From Phormidesmis sp. (GTDB lineage Bacteria; Cyanobacteriota; Cyanobacteriia; Leptolyngbyales; Leptolyngbyaceae): 64,000 bases of DNA. Of the stretch, positions 23,201 to 33,247 are shown in pieces. Each line of letters opens with the position of its first letter. Within the stretch, counting starts at the first letter, position 1. The notes under the pieces are model-generated. The model did no database searches, was not told where the DNA came from, and worked only from the letters and a program-made list of their open reading frames with translations. Made by a program: the position numbers and the translations under genes. The stretch lies in the NCBI GenBank assembly GCA_965248535.1, contig CBDFJR010000002.1, forward strand, positions 1,088,001-1,152,000, given 5' to 3'.

Positions 23201-23466
23201 CCGGCAGCAGCACTGGTTCCGGTTGCACTGGGAAAATAGGTATTGACCTGCCCTGTAGGTGCTGTATAGTTGCCGTCTTGACCTGGGACGGCACAAATTG
23301 CATTGCCACTGCCATCTACTTTATCGGCGCTAGCAGGCGAAGTAAAAAGCCAGAGATTTTGAGACGACAGTAACACAGTAGCAGCCAACAGTGGACTGAT
23401 TCTGCGAATTGACCGCGACCAGAATCGTGAATGTTTAAGGTGAAGAGCAGTTAAATTACGTTTCAT
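20287..23466 (-). CDS. Large secreted Gly-rich adhesin-like protein with DUF11 repeats
   Basis: Signal peptide; GDLLLVIQMQ...GNFEY, FQVIRVPQY, long GGGG tracts; PGDILEYTLVVKN and EVEYTIYF DUF11 units. Confidence 0.75.
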   Translation of the reverse strand: MKRNLTALHLKHSRFWSRSIRRISPLLAATVLLSSQNLWLFTSPASADKVDGSGNAICAVPGQDGNYTAPTGQVNTYFPSATGTSAAAGTTSIAVGTAKGFSTSIKPGDLLLVIQMQGADIDATNTAAYGDGSSTNNGSTAAPYAANGTVNGNLASNFTAGNFEYVVATNAVAASGGTINISSPLVNSYVTANNTGGSSQGQRRFQVIRVPQYGNLTVSGTISAIPWDGTTGGVVAMDVAGAISFSGGQINVNGQGFRGGGGVQLGGGAGSNADVVSVSTRANNGSKGEGTAGTPKYLFDPTANTLITNATEGYPNGSYGRGAPGNAGGGAVDGNPSANDENAGGAGGGNGGLGGKGGRTWNSALPLGGDGGAPFPASASRLVLGGGGGAGNTNNGTGTPGNGLASSGAPGGGIVLLRTGTIATAGTISANGATPALIPDNDGSGGGGAGGSVLVISQTGSTAGLTVSANGGKGGTNTGGGAPHGPGGGGAGGVVYYSPGATTVLNGGQSGTTLNDSTNFGGATAGNGVAGPVNSTATDAVTSISGAGCTIAATKSTSTPGPMAAPGTATYTITASNPIGAKRPTAQNVVIADAGLPTGFTNSSGTVTPVYSGGATGPASVTTAGTTSKPSWSGFTIPPGGSVSVTFTVTIASGTASATYNNSATADAKYTNASANVTTVNVNAAALTSSYDGTVAANKAEDVTIAPASPLQVDKTAVVAVDSDGSGGATPLASQVATPGDILEYTLVVKNTSTTTSVNSVVLTDPIPTNTIYLPGSLQISAGANAGTKTDASADDQAEASASQVVFRLGTGANGTAGGTLGTAAANNTTTVKFRVTIKDPVTPSGTTQLSNQAMITSAGFANLLSNDPGTPAVGDPTLTNIGPRLRLVKRITGIKKNGSGTVTAIAGYNNLATDNNDNPGVNWPGGSSSYLLGAINTAQVPTPTPGAPAPSDEVEYTIYFLSDGAMTAGGVDLCDFVPNKQTFVSGSIQLNFNGTTTPITDGPGSGAGSGFFPTTFPSSCTGTNNSRGAVHLQVGAVQSVNSVPASSYGFFRFRAKVD

Positions 23467-26400
23467 GGAGTTACACCTTCAGCAACGGGGGAACTTGAGG
23501 GGGCGATCGTGACAGCAGCAGATTCTGGTTTAGATTTGCGATCGGAGGAGGTCGGTTTTTGTAGCCCAAACCCGCTGAATAGCTCATTGAGTTTGATGGT
23601 TAGACCTAAGTAAGGCCCGCCTGCCGATCGAGAGCCGTCGAAGTCACGATCGTTGGCTCGACCAAAGCTATAACCTGCTGCTAGTCGAAGATTGGGGGTG
23701 AGATAATAGCCCGCTTCGACCACAAATCCGGTTTCGCGATATCCAGCACTGGGTTGAGCAATCCACCGAGCTTCTCCGACAATATCCCAGCTATAGCCAA
23801 AGCGATAAGTGGCGCGGAGTTGGGCTAAAGACACCGTGCTGGTGCCGACTAAATCACTAGAGAGCGTCGTCGAGCTGTGGCGCAGCGCATATTTGCCGTA
23901 AAATTCCCAGCGCCAATTAGGAGCATAGATGCCTTCGATCGCTAGCGTGTGGTCTTCTGAACCTGTGCCACTGCCGAACAGAATCGTATCAGGAATCGTT
24001 GAGGGGTTCTTGCGATATTCATAGCGAAACAGGGCATTGAAGCGATCGTCGTTGGGATCTCGGTAGGCAAGTCCGACTTTGAGACTGGAGGTATCACCCA
24101 ACCCTGTCAGTGTTTGGTTAGCAGCGTTAGCCTGCTGATAGCGCACCAGCGCTGTGAGCGAGGGTGAAATTTTGCCCGTTGCGGCAGCCGAAATTACCGT
24201 GTTGCTGCCGCTTGATGAACTGCGGTGTTCATATCGGGCGCTTGCTTGGAAGTCTTTGCTTCCCGTATATTCCAGCCCAACACTGTAGCTATCGCCGCCC
24301 TGCAAACCGAGAGAAGAAGCACTCTGTCCGACTGCAAAGGGTTGAGCAAATTGAACCCCCGCCCCGGTGCGGCCAAAGAACCCGCCGAACAGATGTTCAT
24401 AAGCTAGATCCATTCTCAGTCCGGGGGAGATTGTCCAACCCTGGTTAACCCCAATCGCGCCTTGAGTTGTCCAGCTATCGGCTCCACCCACGATGCCATA
24501 ACGGGCGTGTAGAGTCGTGTCTGTCCCAAATTTGTATTCTCCGCGCAGATCTAAATTGGTAATAGACTGTCCAGCTAGCTGCCCACGCGTATAAAACTGT
24601 TGACTCAAACCGAGGTTGACTCCAGGCATAATTGCCCAATCTAGTCCTAGCCCGGTGCGATCGCTATAGACAGAATCAACACTTGAAGAAAGCGTCGTTT
24701 CATTCTGCGCTAGAAAGGTGAGGCTATTGCTCAGAGGCACCGTGAAGCGCGATCTCAATTGATTGGAGGAACCGCTTGAATCGGGTGATAGTCGATCTTG
24801 ACGATCGCGATGGAGTAAATCGACGTTCAGGTCAGCCTTTCCAATTCGCTGCTGCACCCCGACCGCGATCGTGGTCAGCGAGTTATCGACCCGACTACCC
24901 GGAATGGCTTCAGTCCGAGGAGCAAAGAGGTCTCGTAACGTGTCAATCTGTCGAGGTGCCGTGCCGACGTTCTTTTCGCGGTCATATTGCACTCTCAGTT
25001 TGGTGCTGTCGGAAAGGATGCCTACGACCTCTGCCCCATAGCGCGTTTGTCCAGGCACAAAACTAACGGTGGCATCATTAGCAAATCCTGTATCGGTCTT
25101 GCGATAATAGCCTCGTGCCAGAATACCTGTTGTGATCTCGGCGTTGGCTTCTAACCGATAGGCAGAGCCGCTTACCGAGCCGAGAATATCCGATCGATTG
25201 TTAGAACGAGCATATTCAGCAACAATGCTGCCTTTGCCAAACGAGTAGAGAGCATCCGCACCGTACAGTTCAAAGTTTCGCGTTCCCTGATTTTCTTTGA
25301 GATAGGTGGCACCAATCCAGCTTTCTGTGCCTGGGGTGTCAGACAGATGATAGAGCGCTCGACCTGCATAGATATTGCTCTTGCTTCCCTGCTGAGTCTC
25401 GTATTGATAGGTCGTAACAATTCGACGAACTAACACCTGCCCAGTGAAATCGACATCCGTTCGCAAAATCGGTTGCCGGAAAAGGATTGTGCCCCGATCG
25501 TAATCAATCTCATAATCAGTACCGCGATTTAACTGCTTGCGCTCCAAAACAGTTCCAGGGCGGTTTAATTCCTCAACTTCTAAGAAGACATTTTCACTGC
25601 CGCCAATCACTAACCGTCGCGAGAGGAAGTAATAGCCGCTCGTGCCATCTGGCGCTAGCGTATCGCGCTGAAACCCCTGCACATTGTTGCCATAAAAGCC
25701 ACTGAGTTGGAGATTACCAACATTGTAGTTAGCCTTGAACCCATGAAGTTGCCGAGTCGTTGCCGTAAACTGCTGAGATCGGGTGGCAAATTCTTTAGTG
25801 TCATAGTCACCCCACATGAAATAGTCGATGCCATTCGAGCTAGGCGATGTGCGCTCTAGTTTGAGGAAAACGCTATCCGTCGAGGGAGTCAGAACCTCTG
25901 TTTTAGAACTATCGCCATAGACTGGATAGTTTTGATCGCAGAATTGCTGTTCACGAAACAGTCGCGAGGTGCCATCACAGGTTTGATTGAGAGCATGATC
26001 ACTGTTGTAGGCACCTGTTACAAGCCAATCGCCCACTTTTCCCGTGGCAAACACTGCGCCGTGCGTCGCTAGCCCGTAATTATTTTTGCCATTAGGCGGC
26101 AAAAAGTCTCGAAAGCTGCGATAGAAGTCTGTGCCACCCTTACCCAGGCGAAAATCGATCGAACCTGTCACCAGCGAAGAACGCAAATCGGTTTCAAACT
26201 GGACTTGAGTAAACGCATCTAAATCCTCAGCCTTTGCCTGAATTCGCACTGTTTGAGCTTGGATGCCAGATCGTAGCGTTGCCTTAAATTCGCCCTGGCT
26301 AGCTTTGACTTGATAGCCTGGCTGATCAGGGTTGAAGTCCGGTTCGACAAATTCGCCCGCCGTGGGCTTGAGGGTCACGATCGTATCGCGATTTGAGCGG

Positions 26401-27017
26401 TTGCCGTTAGCATCCAACAACTCACCCAAAACCGTCACTGTCGATCGACCATCAGCCCGAACTCGCGTTTCAGCCGTGCGAAGGGTGATTTGCTTTGCCG
26501 TTCCGCGGACTTGTACCTGCACCGATGCCGTTTGGGTCACTTGACCGTTGACGACGATTTGAGCCACGATCGTGTTGTCGCCATCCTGAAGCGGAACACC
26601 ATACCAGGTCTGAGTCGTTTGCTTCTTAGTTTTATCTTTTTCAGTCCGTCCGACGAGAGAAACACTCACCGATTTACCGTTTACCTGTAGCTCCACCTGA
26701 CTATCTAGAGGAAACCGAAGCACCACCGTTGCCGCCGGGACATCAACCACCGCTTTAGGCGTGGGTGAGACGATCGTGATACCTGCCGATGGATTTGTTG
26801 GTAAAGGTGTTACTGCCGGTTGGGAGACAGGTTTTGATTCTGGTTTAACAGTCGGTTGCCTTGGTGAAACTGATTGCACGATCGGAGTTGTTTCCGTTTC
26901 TGTGATCGCTGCCATCACGCCTCTGATCGGCATCAGCAATGCAAAACTGATACTTTCAGCAATCAGTCCTAAACCCAGTAGACAAGCAGCTATGGAATTT
27001 CGAGATTTCATGTTCAT
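23463..27017 (-). CDS. Large outer-membrane beta-barrel protein with N-terminal Ig-like domains
   Basis: Signal peptide, ADGRST Ig-like segment, YPVYGDSS, DYEIDYDRG, long amphipathic beta-strand C-terminal half. Confidence 0.7.
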   Translation of the reverse strand: MNMKSRNSIAACLLGLGLIAESISFALLMPIRGVMAAITETETTPIVQSVSPRQPTVKPESKPVSQPAVTPLPTNPSAGITIVSPTPKAVVDVPAATVVLRFPLDSQVELQVNGKSVSVSLVGRTEKDKTKKQTTQTWYGVPLQDGDNTIVAQIVVNGQVTQTASVQVQVRGTAKQITLRTAETRVRADGRSTVTVLGELLDANGNRSNRDTIVTLKPTAGEFVEPDFNPDQPGYQVKASQGEFKATLRSGIQAQTVRIQAKAEDLDAFTQVQFETDLRSSLVTGSIDFRLGKGGTDFYRSFRDFLPPNGKNNYGLATHGAVFATGKVGDWLVTGAYNSDHALNQTCDGTSRLFREQQFCDQNYPVYGDSSKTEVLTPSTDSVFLKLERTSPSSNGIDYFMWGDYDTKEFATRSQQFTATTRQLHGFKANYNVGNLQLSGFYGNNVQGFQRDTLAPDGTSGYYFLSRRLVIGGSENVFLEVEELNRPGTVLERKQLNRGTDYEIDYDRGTILFRQPILRTDVDFTGQVLVRRIVTTYQYETQQGSKSNIYAGRALYHLSDTPGTESWIGATYLKENQGTRNFELYGADALYSFGKGSIVAEYARSNNRSDILGSVSGSAYRLEANAEITTGILARGYYRKTDTGFANDATVSFVPGQTRYGAEVVGILSDSTKLRVQYDREKNVGTAPRQIDTLRDLFAPRTEAIPGSRVDNSLTTIAVGVQQRIGKADLNVDLLHRDRQDRLSPDSSGSSNQLRSRFTVPLSNSLTFLAQNETTLSSSVDSVYSDRTGLGLDWAIMPGVNLGLSQQFYTRGQLAGQSITNLDLRGEYKFGTDTTLHARYGIVGGADSWTTQGAIGVNQGWTISPGLRMDLAYEHLFGGFFGRTGAGVQFAQPFAVGQSASSLGLQGGDSYSVGLEYTGSKDFQASARYEHRSSSSGSNTVISAAATGKISPSLTALVRYQQANAANQTLTGLGDTSSLKVGLAYRDPNDDRFNALFRYEYRKNPSTIPDTILFGSGTGSEDHTLAIEGIYAPNWRWEFYGKYALRHSSTTLSSDLVGTSTVSLAQLRATYRFGYSWDIVGEARWIAQPSAGYRETGFVVEAGYYLTPNLRLAAGYSFGRANDRDFDGSRSAGGPYLGLTIKLNELFSGFGLQKPTSSDRKSKPESAAVTIAPSSSPVAEGVTP

Positions 27018-28465
27018 GGTTTGCCTGCTTCTGAAACGGCGGGCGTGACAGCAAAATTCATTCGCACCAGTCCATTGGGTTCGAGGTGCACCAGTCGAGA
27101 TTGGCTATTGCGTTCTTTGAAATAGAGATTGGGGGCAAAGGTGTAGCCGGGAACACTGCTGAGATCGAGGACTCCAGTTCGACTGCCTGGCAGGACATTG
27201 GCGATCGAGAACAGCCCATTTGGATCGGTGGTGATGCGAGTGCCATCATCTAAAAGCACGACTGCATTTGGAATTCCAGGTTCTCCAGGCTGCTGTTCCC
27301 CATCGAAATTTTTGTCGTCAAATACGCGACCGATGATGGTTCCACAATCCGATACAATGCCGGGACGAATCCGTAGCCGATATTTAGACGGCCCATCTCG
27401 AAGAATGGCGTTAGTATCGATGCGATGAACGCTAACGCTAGCCAGATTTTCACCCGTGCCCCTCACCGAATCAGGACTGAGTTGTACAGCATAAGCAACG
27501 TTTAAGACTCCATCAGGAGGAATGCTGCCGTCAAACCTAAACGTGATGGCAGAACCACTATGAGTGGTTGCGATCGCGACCACATTTCCTCCTAACTCAC
27601 CACGCACGCTCTTAGGCAAAAAGCTGAACCCTAAAGGCATTACATCCGCAATCTCAATCTGATTAGCCGCAACCGAGTTGAGATTTCGCACTGAGAGCCG
27701 ATAAATCACTGTATCGCCAGGCTCGGCAGAAGCCCGATCGGCCGTTTTGGTAATTTGAACAGGTTGAGCCGGGCCTACACAAATCGGCTGATCGAGCAAA
27801 CTCAGTGCAGAGAGCACTAATCCACTTCCGGCAGCATCATTAATAGCAACCGTTGTTGTGAAGGAAGCTGGGTCGGCATCTAAACCGATTCCTCGCCCGT
27901 CTAACGCAGTTGCAGTGTAGGAAATTGTTTTAGCAACATCATCGCGTGCAGTAATGACAAGCCGAATTTGTCGTTGGCTATAGCGTCTGGCACTCGCGGG
28001 CGGGTTCACAATGAGAATGTATCGCCTGCCAACGTCAATCTGCCCTGCGCTACGGTTCAAGAAAAAGTTATAGCCACCCTTAGGTTCGTCATTTGCCAAA
28101 AAGAAGGGATTGCTGTTTTGCACATTGGGAGACACACCCGTAAAACTGGTGCCAGCCCCAGTTCTTGGCAGAGGAAGCAGAGCCAGTGGTGTATCATCTT
28201 GGCTAGCTTGATAGAGAGCGACGCTGAATCCTGCATAGTCAGGCAAGACTTCTCCACCGCAGCCACGAATGCGCCCAAACGGGTCAACGATCTCTTGCTT
28301 CAGTGCATTTGTAATGCTGTCAAACGTATTTTTCTCAGCATCTTCAAATGTGTAGGAAGCCGTGTTAAGAATCGCGCTTTTTGCTGTAGCGGCTGAAGGC
28401 TGAAATGAAATGCTGGCAAGAAGCAACGCCGCCAACAAGCGACATCGTTTGCGGTGAGAAATCAT
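27014..28465 (-). CDS. Secreted DUF11 + SdrD-B-like domain protein
   Basis: ITKTADRASAEPGDTVIYRLSVRN; IIGRVFDDKNFDGEQQPGEPGIPNA. Confidence 0.8.
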   Translation of the reverse strand: MISHRKRCRLLAALLLASISFQPSAATAKSAILNTASYTFEDAEKNTFDSITNALKQEIVDPFGRIRGCGGEVLPDYAGFSVALYQASQDDTPLALLPLPRTGAGTSFTGVSPNVQNSNPFFLANDEPKGGYNFFLNRSAGQIDVGRRYILIVNPPASARRYSQRQIRLVITARDDVAKTISYTATALDGRGIGLDADPASFTTTVAINDAAGSGLVLSALSLLDQPICVGPAQPVQITKTADRASAEPGDTVIYRLSVRNLNSVAANQIEIADVMPLGFSFLPKSVRGELGGNVVAIATTHSGSAITFRFDGSIPPDGVLNVAYAVQLSPDSVRGTGENLASVSVHRIDTNAILRDGPSKYRLRIRPGIVSDCGTIIGRVFDDKNFDGEQQPGEPGIPNAVVLLDDGTRITTDPNGLFSIANVLPGSRTGVLDLSSVPGYTFAPNLYFKERNSQSRLVHLEPNGLVRMNFAVTPAVSEAGKP

Positions 28466-28616
28466 GGAAGCTAACTCAGGTAGAAAACTAGTGACAGGCT
28501 TAAAGTTGTGGGATTGTCAACTCCACCCAGGAGATTGAGAAGTCATCAGAAAGTTTGAAGGTTTGTCTGTAGGAACGGTCTATGACTGTCCCTACAGACT
28601 TGGCTGTTTTGAGACG

Positions 28617-29180
28617 TTAACGGATTTTGACTTGGTAAGCAGCACTCACACTTGCTTCAGGTTGCAGCGCTTGGCTGGTTTCCCACCGCACATGAGTGTA
28701 AGCCGCCGCCGGAGCGGGACGTTCTTCAACTTTGCCGTCTGGAAGCGTCACTTTCACGGTCGGGTGCGCCACAAACGTTTTGCCTTGGTCAAGACTGTAG
28801 GTGACAGTGATTCCCTGAGCGATCGTGGCAGAATCCAGTTGATAGCTCGTTCCTTGAGGAATGGGTTGAGTAATCGCAACGTTTTTCGCGTCACGACTGC
28901 CTTCGTTTTTACCCGTCACCGTGAACCGAATCACATCCCCTTGTTTTGCCTTGACTTTGCCGTCGATCGCTTGCCAGTTAGTTACCTCTTTACCCTGCTG
29001 GTTTTTTGTTACCACCTGCTGATCTGCCACCAGGTAGAGATTGACTTTGGGCTGACGCAGAACATTTTGAGCAATCGAAGACCCCGCGTTGAAAATCTGA
29101 GCGATCGCAGGTGAACCGTTGATCGGCAACGCTGAAACAACTAGTGCTGCGCTGACACTTAATAACCAATGTTTTTTCAT
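28617..29180 (-). CDS. Small secreted DUF11-domain protein
   Basis: Signal peptide MKKHWLL; GDVIRFTVTGKNEG..AKNVAITQPIP; YTHVRW; YQVKIR end. Confidence 0.8.
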   Translation of the reverse strand: MKKHWLLSVSAALVVSALPINGSPAIAQIFNAGSSIAQNVLRQPKVNLYLVADQQVVTKNQQGKEVTNWQAIDGKVKAKQGDVIRFTVTGKNEGSRDAKNVAITQPIPQGTSYQLDSATIAQGITVTYSLDQGKTFVAHPTVKVTLPDGKVEERPAPAAAYTHVRWETSQALQPEASVSAAYQVKIR

Positions 29181-29267
29181 GATCGATGTTTGTTGTGAAT
29201 GCGGTGGAAACAAAATGTGTGGGGTGATTGCTGCTCCCAATGATTAGAAACAGCAATCGTTGAACCA

Positions 29268-31811
29268 TTACTTGATCTTTCGCTGGAAGATGAACGTGCC
29301 ACCCGCAGAGCCAGGAGCAACCGATGTGACGGTGTCTTTATACTCCTGGATGTCAGTTGGAGTGCCGCTGGTTGTCACCGTGATAGCTCCACCCGCGTCA
29401 GTTGCAGAACCTGTCGCTGTGCCAGGGAACTTCGGATCAAGCGTTGGGCCAAACCAAGTGTTAGTACCCGTGCTGCCGTTCTCAGTAATCACCAAGCTGT
29501 TAGCAGGCAAGGTGACATTGTTAGTTCCACCGCTGGTTGAGATGTTTTTGTAGGTGATGCGATACTCAATCACCCTGCCAGGCGAGGCAGCCGCGCTCAG
29601 ATCAGCTTGTACCTTGGTGAAGGTGCCAGCAGCCCCTGTGACTGGCGTGACCCCATCGACTTCCAGGATTCGGGCTTCTTTATCCAACGTCAGATAGTTG
29701 GTGTAGAGGCGATCGATCGTAGTGTTGCTCGGATCACCCGTTGGGCTGCCATCCCCATTGACATCAACAAACGCGGTTACGGGAACTGGGAACCCTTGGA
29801 ACTGAGGTGCCGCAGGAAGATCAACTGTCACCTGATAATCTGCTGTCGCTCCGGCTGCGATCGTCAGTTTGACCGGGCTGGTGGCAGTTGGCGTAACTCC
29901 ACCCGTTCCAGCAGTGCCTGAGACGAAAGCAAAGCCGCCTGCTGAGGTGTAGTTATAAGTTGCACTGCCCGACACTGGGTTAGTGATCGTCACTTTTGTG
30001 TTGTCTAGCAGGGCAGTTGTCGTTGTTGGAGGAGTGGGTAATAGCGAGATGACCTGAGACCCACCGCTGGTGTTTTGAGCAGTGTTGTTAAAGGTGAACG
30101 GAGGTGTCTGAGCATCGGTCAACGGGGTTGTAGGCGATAGACCCACAGGAGTCACGATCGACTTGTTGGTGTAGTCATCATTGGTATCAGTTGGGCCCAC
30201 GGCAGCAGGCTTTGTCTGTGGCCCGTTTAGAGGAGTCGCCGCGATCGTATACACGGTGTCTTCACCACCTGCGGTCTTAGTACCTCCACCATCTACACCT
30301 GTGTTGGTGTTGGTAGTGTTCGTCGGATCAGTTCCCGTTCCTGGGTCAGTTCCATCATTTCCAGGGTTAGCCACCCCGTCGCTGATGCCACCAGCGTTTG
30401 TAGCTGTGCCGCCTGATCCTGGATCGGGGTTGTTTCCAGCTAAACCGTCGTTGGCGGTTTGGTCACCCGATTCATCATAGACAATCTGGGTTGAGGTTCC
30501 TGGTGTAATCGTGCCGGGTTGAGACTGACCAAAGACTTGAGCCAAGTTTGCAACTTGTCCGCCTCCAAACCCACTAACGGGGGTGAGGTCGAATTGGAAG
30601 CCAGAAACCGTTGTGCCAGTGCCCGCTGAACCTTTAGAAATTCCAGCAGAAGTGGTGTCTTTGATAAAACCAATTCGAGTGATTGCCGGGCCTGAGGTAG
30701 GACGAGTGGTGCTCCACGCTGCGCCCAAAGCACTGGTGGTCAGAGGTGTTTGAGAATAAACTACTTGCCAGCCAGCAGGAGCGGTGATGGTGTTGGTCGC
30801 GCCAAACTGTAAGCCAACCGGAACCGCGTCACTGACTAAGACATAAGGGGTAGCGGTGCTGCTGTTGACGTTCAGGCTGGTGCCATAGAGATCCGATGTG
30901 ACAAACCCAGCAGGAGGGCTTGAGGGATTTTCAACTCGCAGCGCTAGCTTATAGGTCAGAATGTCATCCGTTAAGATGTTGGGTGTAGAGTTGTTGCTAT
31001 AGCTGCTCACCGCTTTGAGCACGGCTGCAAACGATTGCAGTCTAGCAGCAACCACGATCGGGGTGCTGGTTGCCATTGCTTCTCGTACACCGTTGCTGGG
31101 CGCGGTTGCATTGGTTTCGCCACCGACTCCGTTTCCGTTGTCCACTGTGTAGACATCATTTGCATTGCTGCCACTTACCGCCCGATCGAGGTTTTGTCCA
31201 TCAACAGGGGTAGTGTTTCCTAGCGACACTTTTAGGGTGCTGGTTGCGGTTGCACTGGCTAAGACTTTAATAGGCACCCGAATGGTAACTGTTCCGGTGG
31301 TGCCTGTGCCTGGATTGGCAACCAATGACCCTGAGTTTGCGCCTGTTGTCCCTAGCAAGTTGCCAGTGGTGTCTCCAGCGTTGGGCACGTTGACCGCCGT
31401 TCCTAGGGTCGTGCCATTGACTGCGACAATTTGAATCTGCCCATTTTGCGAGAAGGCAGTTGTGTTAGAAAGAGTAGCCGTGCCTGGGATAAAGAATTGA
31501 GTCGGATCGTTGCCCGTGTTGGTGATAACGAAGTCTACAAATAAGGTGTCGCCTGCGTTGGGGTTGGAAACACTAGGAGTTTGAGCGGTCAGCGCTACGC
31601 CTGCCACTTCTAAAACGTCGATCGTGACTTCATTAGAGGTAGTGGTGTAGTTAGTGGTGCCATCGGTAAAGGTGCCAGTCGCCGTGTTTTTAATCGAGGT
31701 TCCGGCAGCAGTGCCGTTTGCCCAGACAGGAGAGACGAGTTGGAAAGCGCTTCCGATCGCAAGGGTCGCTGCTAGCAGGTGTCGCAAATGAGAGTGTGAA
31801 CAAGTTTTCAT
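29268..31811 (-). CDS. Large secreted Thr/Gly-rich DUF11 surface protein
   Basis: Signal peptide then GTAAGTSIKNTATGTF...SNEV, ITNTGNDPT, PGRVIEYRITYKN, FQRKIK end. Confidence 0.8.
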   Translation of the reverse strand: MKTCSHSHLRHLLAATLAIGSAFQLVSPVWANGTAAGTSIKNTATGTFTDGTTNYTTTSNEVTIDVLEVAGVALTAQTPSVSNPNAGDTLFVDFVITNTGNDPTQFFIPGTATLSNTTAFSQNGQIQIVAVNGTTLGTAVNVPNAGDTTGNLLGTTGANSGSLVANPGTGTTGTVTIRVPIKVLASATATSTLKVSLGNTTPVDGQNLDRAVSGSNANDVYTVDNGNGVGGETNATAPSNGVREAMATSTPIVVAARLQSFAAVLKAVSSYSNNSTPNILTDDILTYKLALRVENPSSPPAGFVTSDLYGTSLNVNSSTATPYVLVSDAVPVGLQFGATNTITAPAGWQVVYSQTPLTTSALGAAWSTTRPTSGPAITRIGFIKDTTSAGISKGSAGTGTTVSGFQFDLTPVSGFGGGQVANLAQVFGQSQPGTITPGTSTQIVYDESGDQTANDGLAGNNPDPGSGGTATNAGGISDGVANPGNDGTDPGTGTDPTNTTNTNTGVDGGGTKTAGGEDTVYTIAATPLNGPQTKPAAVGPTDTNDDYTNKSIVTPVGLSPTTPLTDAQTPPFTFNNTAQNTSGGSQVISLLPTPPTTTTALLDNTKVTITNPVSGSATYNYTSAGGFAFVSGTAGTGGVTPTATSPVKLTIAAGATADYQVTVDLPAAPQFQGFPVPVTAFVDVNGDGSPTGDPSNTTIDRLYTNYLTLDKEARILEVDGVTPVTGAAGTFTKVQADLSAAASPGRVIEYRITYKNISTSGGTNNVTLPANSLVITENGSTGTNTWFGPTLDPKFPGTATGSATDAGGAITVTTSGTPTDIQEYKDTVTSVAPGSAGGTFIFQRKIK

Positions 31812-32987
31812 GTCGGGTAGCAAGAGTATTGACAATCAAAAGAGTGAATTTGTAATCAGTGATGAGATTGCTGCTTTAGTCGTCGTGCAATGAGAGTTAA
31901 GAATCTAATGGAAGATAGAGCGCTTCGAGAGAACAGATCCAGACGCAATAAAGGAGGGTCAATAGAACAAGCTAGTCTTGTTAAAATCACAGGCTCCTAA
32001 GCTCACATCACAACACGTAAGCGCAGTGTTACTTGACAGTATTTCCACTAAAAGTAACAAAAGACTTGTTTTAGTGACCGTAATATTGCTGACAATGAAT
32101 TAGATGGAAAGGACGGCTCTAAGTGATTACATAGACTCCTATAAAGTGCGGAGAAGACATTAGGGATAAGGACTCAGGGCCTTCTCTGTGATGAAATGAA
32201 CCTAACAAAGACAATGATCAGAACTGTCCGGCAAGGTATCCGAACAACCAAAAACAGGAAAACCAAGTGACTTTTCAGAGTTCGTGAAAGCTTTACTGAG
32301 AGAGATTTTTAGGAATTTATTTGTCAATTCAGTTGCCTGATCAAACAAATTGGCGTTAGAAGTTATTCCTAATTACGTCTCAATAAACCACTCAATAAAA
32401 CCCTGTCAGGTTAAGACCATCCCGATTAAGAGAGTCTTTAGTTCAGTTGGGGACGACTACCAATCAGTGGACTACTTCTACAAGTTAGGTAATGATTGTG
32501 ACAAACTCGTGAAAAATTTTGCTGAGTTTCAAAAAACACATTGAATGTTGCCTGATCTAGAAATATTCAACGTTTGACATGCCCAATAGCTACCAAGTTC
32601 GCGATCTGCAATAGGTGAGAGAAGTAACAATAGTTGTCTATTGCTAATGACCTAAATCAAAAACGTTTGTTTATGCTTATGGACATAGAAAAGCTATTGT
32701 GAATCCACGTAAATTACAGGTAAATGTCCGGTTTGCAGATTGCCGTAACACCTACTGAAGTAAGTTCAAGGTCTAACCTATTTCGAGAAGACGTTTCATC
32801 CTGTTGCCTTTTGATCACTACAGGGTTGGGAATGTTTTGGCAGTGACTCTCAGCGCAATGGGTAGTGGGTATTTAACAACGGTCGATCGCTGCCTAAAAC
32901 TGTCCGGAGTGCTGGTTTTAAGATGCGAGAAAGACTTGCTTGAAATCGATTCAGTTTCTAGCCACAGCAGAAATCTTAGGAAATCAC

Positions 32988-33038
32988 TGGACACAATTGT
33001 AATATGTGTGTAGTATATGGATAAGGCGTACTACACAC
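32988..33038 (+). promoter_or_regulatory. Sigma70-type promoter (TGGACA-17-TAGTAT) overlapped by TGTAGTAT/TACTACA operator repeats
   Basis: -35 at 32988-32993, -10 at 33011-33016; inverted repeat GTGTGTAGTA (33006-33015) / TACTACACAC (33029-33038). Confidence 0.6.
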
Positions 33039-33049
33039 ACTACACTGCT

Positions 33050-33190
33050 ATGACTTACGGCTTTTTCTCACTCGATCGAACTCATTGCCGCCCCTACTCA
33101 GGGTTGAAAAGTGCGTGCGTGTCAGAAACCTGGCTGAAAAATCATCGCGTCAAAAACGGGCGAGACAGGGTAGTCCTGCTCTCAACATAA
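33050..33190 (+). CDS. Putative 46-aa leader peptide (MTYGFFSLDRTHCRPYSG...VVLLST)
   Basis: Short ORF between the promoter and a terminator hairpin that precedes the HNH gene. Confidence 0.45.
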   Translation: MTYGFFSLDRTHCRPYSGLKSACVSETWLKNHRVKNGRDRVVLLST

Positions 33191-33208
33191 GGGCACATGC
33201 TTCACCCT

Positions 33209-33247
33209 GACCCCGTTTCTGACTTAGCAGAAGCGGGGTTATTTTTT
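33209..33247 (+). terminator. Rho-independent terminator / attenuator upstream of the HNH gene
   Basis: GACCCCGTTTCTG-acttag-CAGAAGCGGGGTT followed by ATTTTTT. Confidence 0.7.

Noticed and set aside
20711..31434. Many plus-strand ORFs within the DUF11 operon
   Set aside because: Antisense shadows of Gly/Thr-rich genes
31836..32980. Long AT-rich intergenic region as a c-di-GMP riboswitch or small-gene locus
   Set aside because: No recognisable GEMM motif by eye; short ORFs lack RBS or family signal; an Rfam scan would be needed
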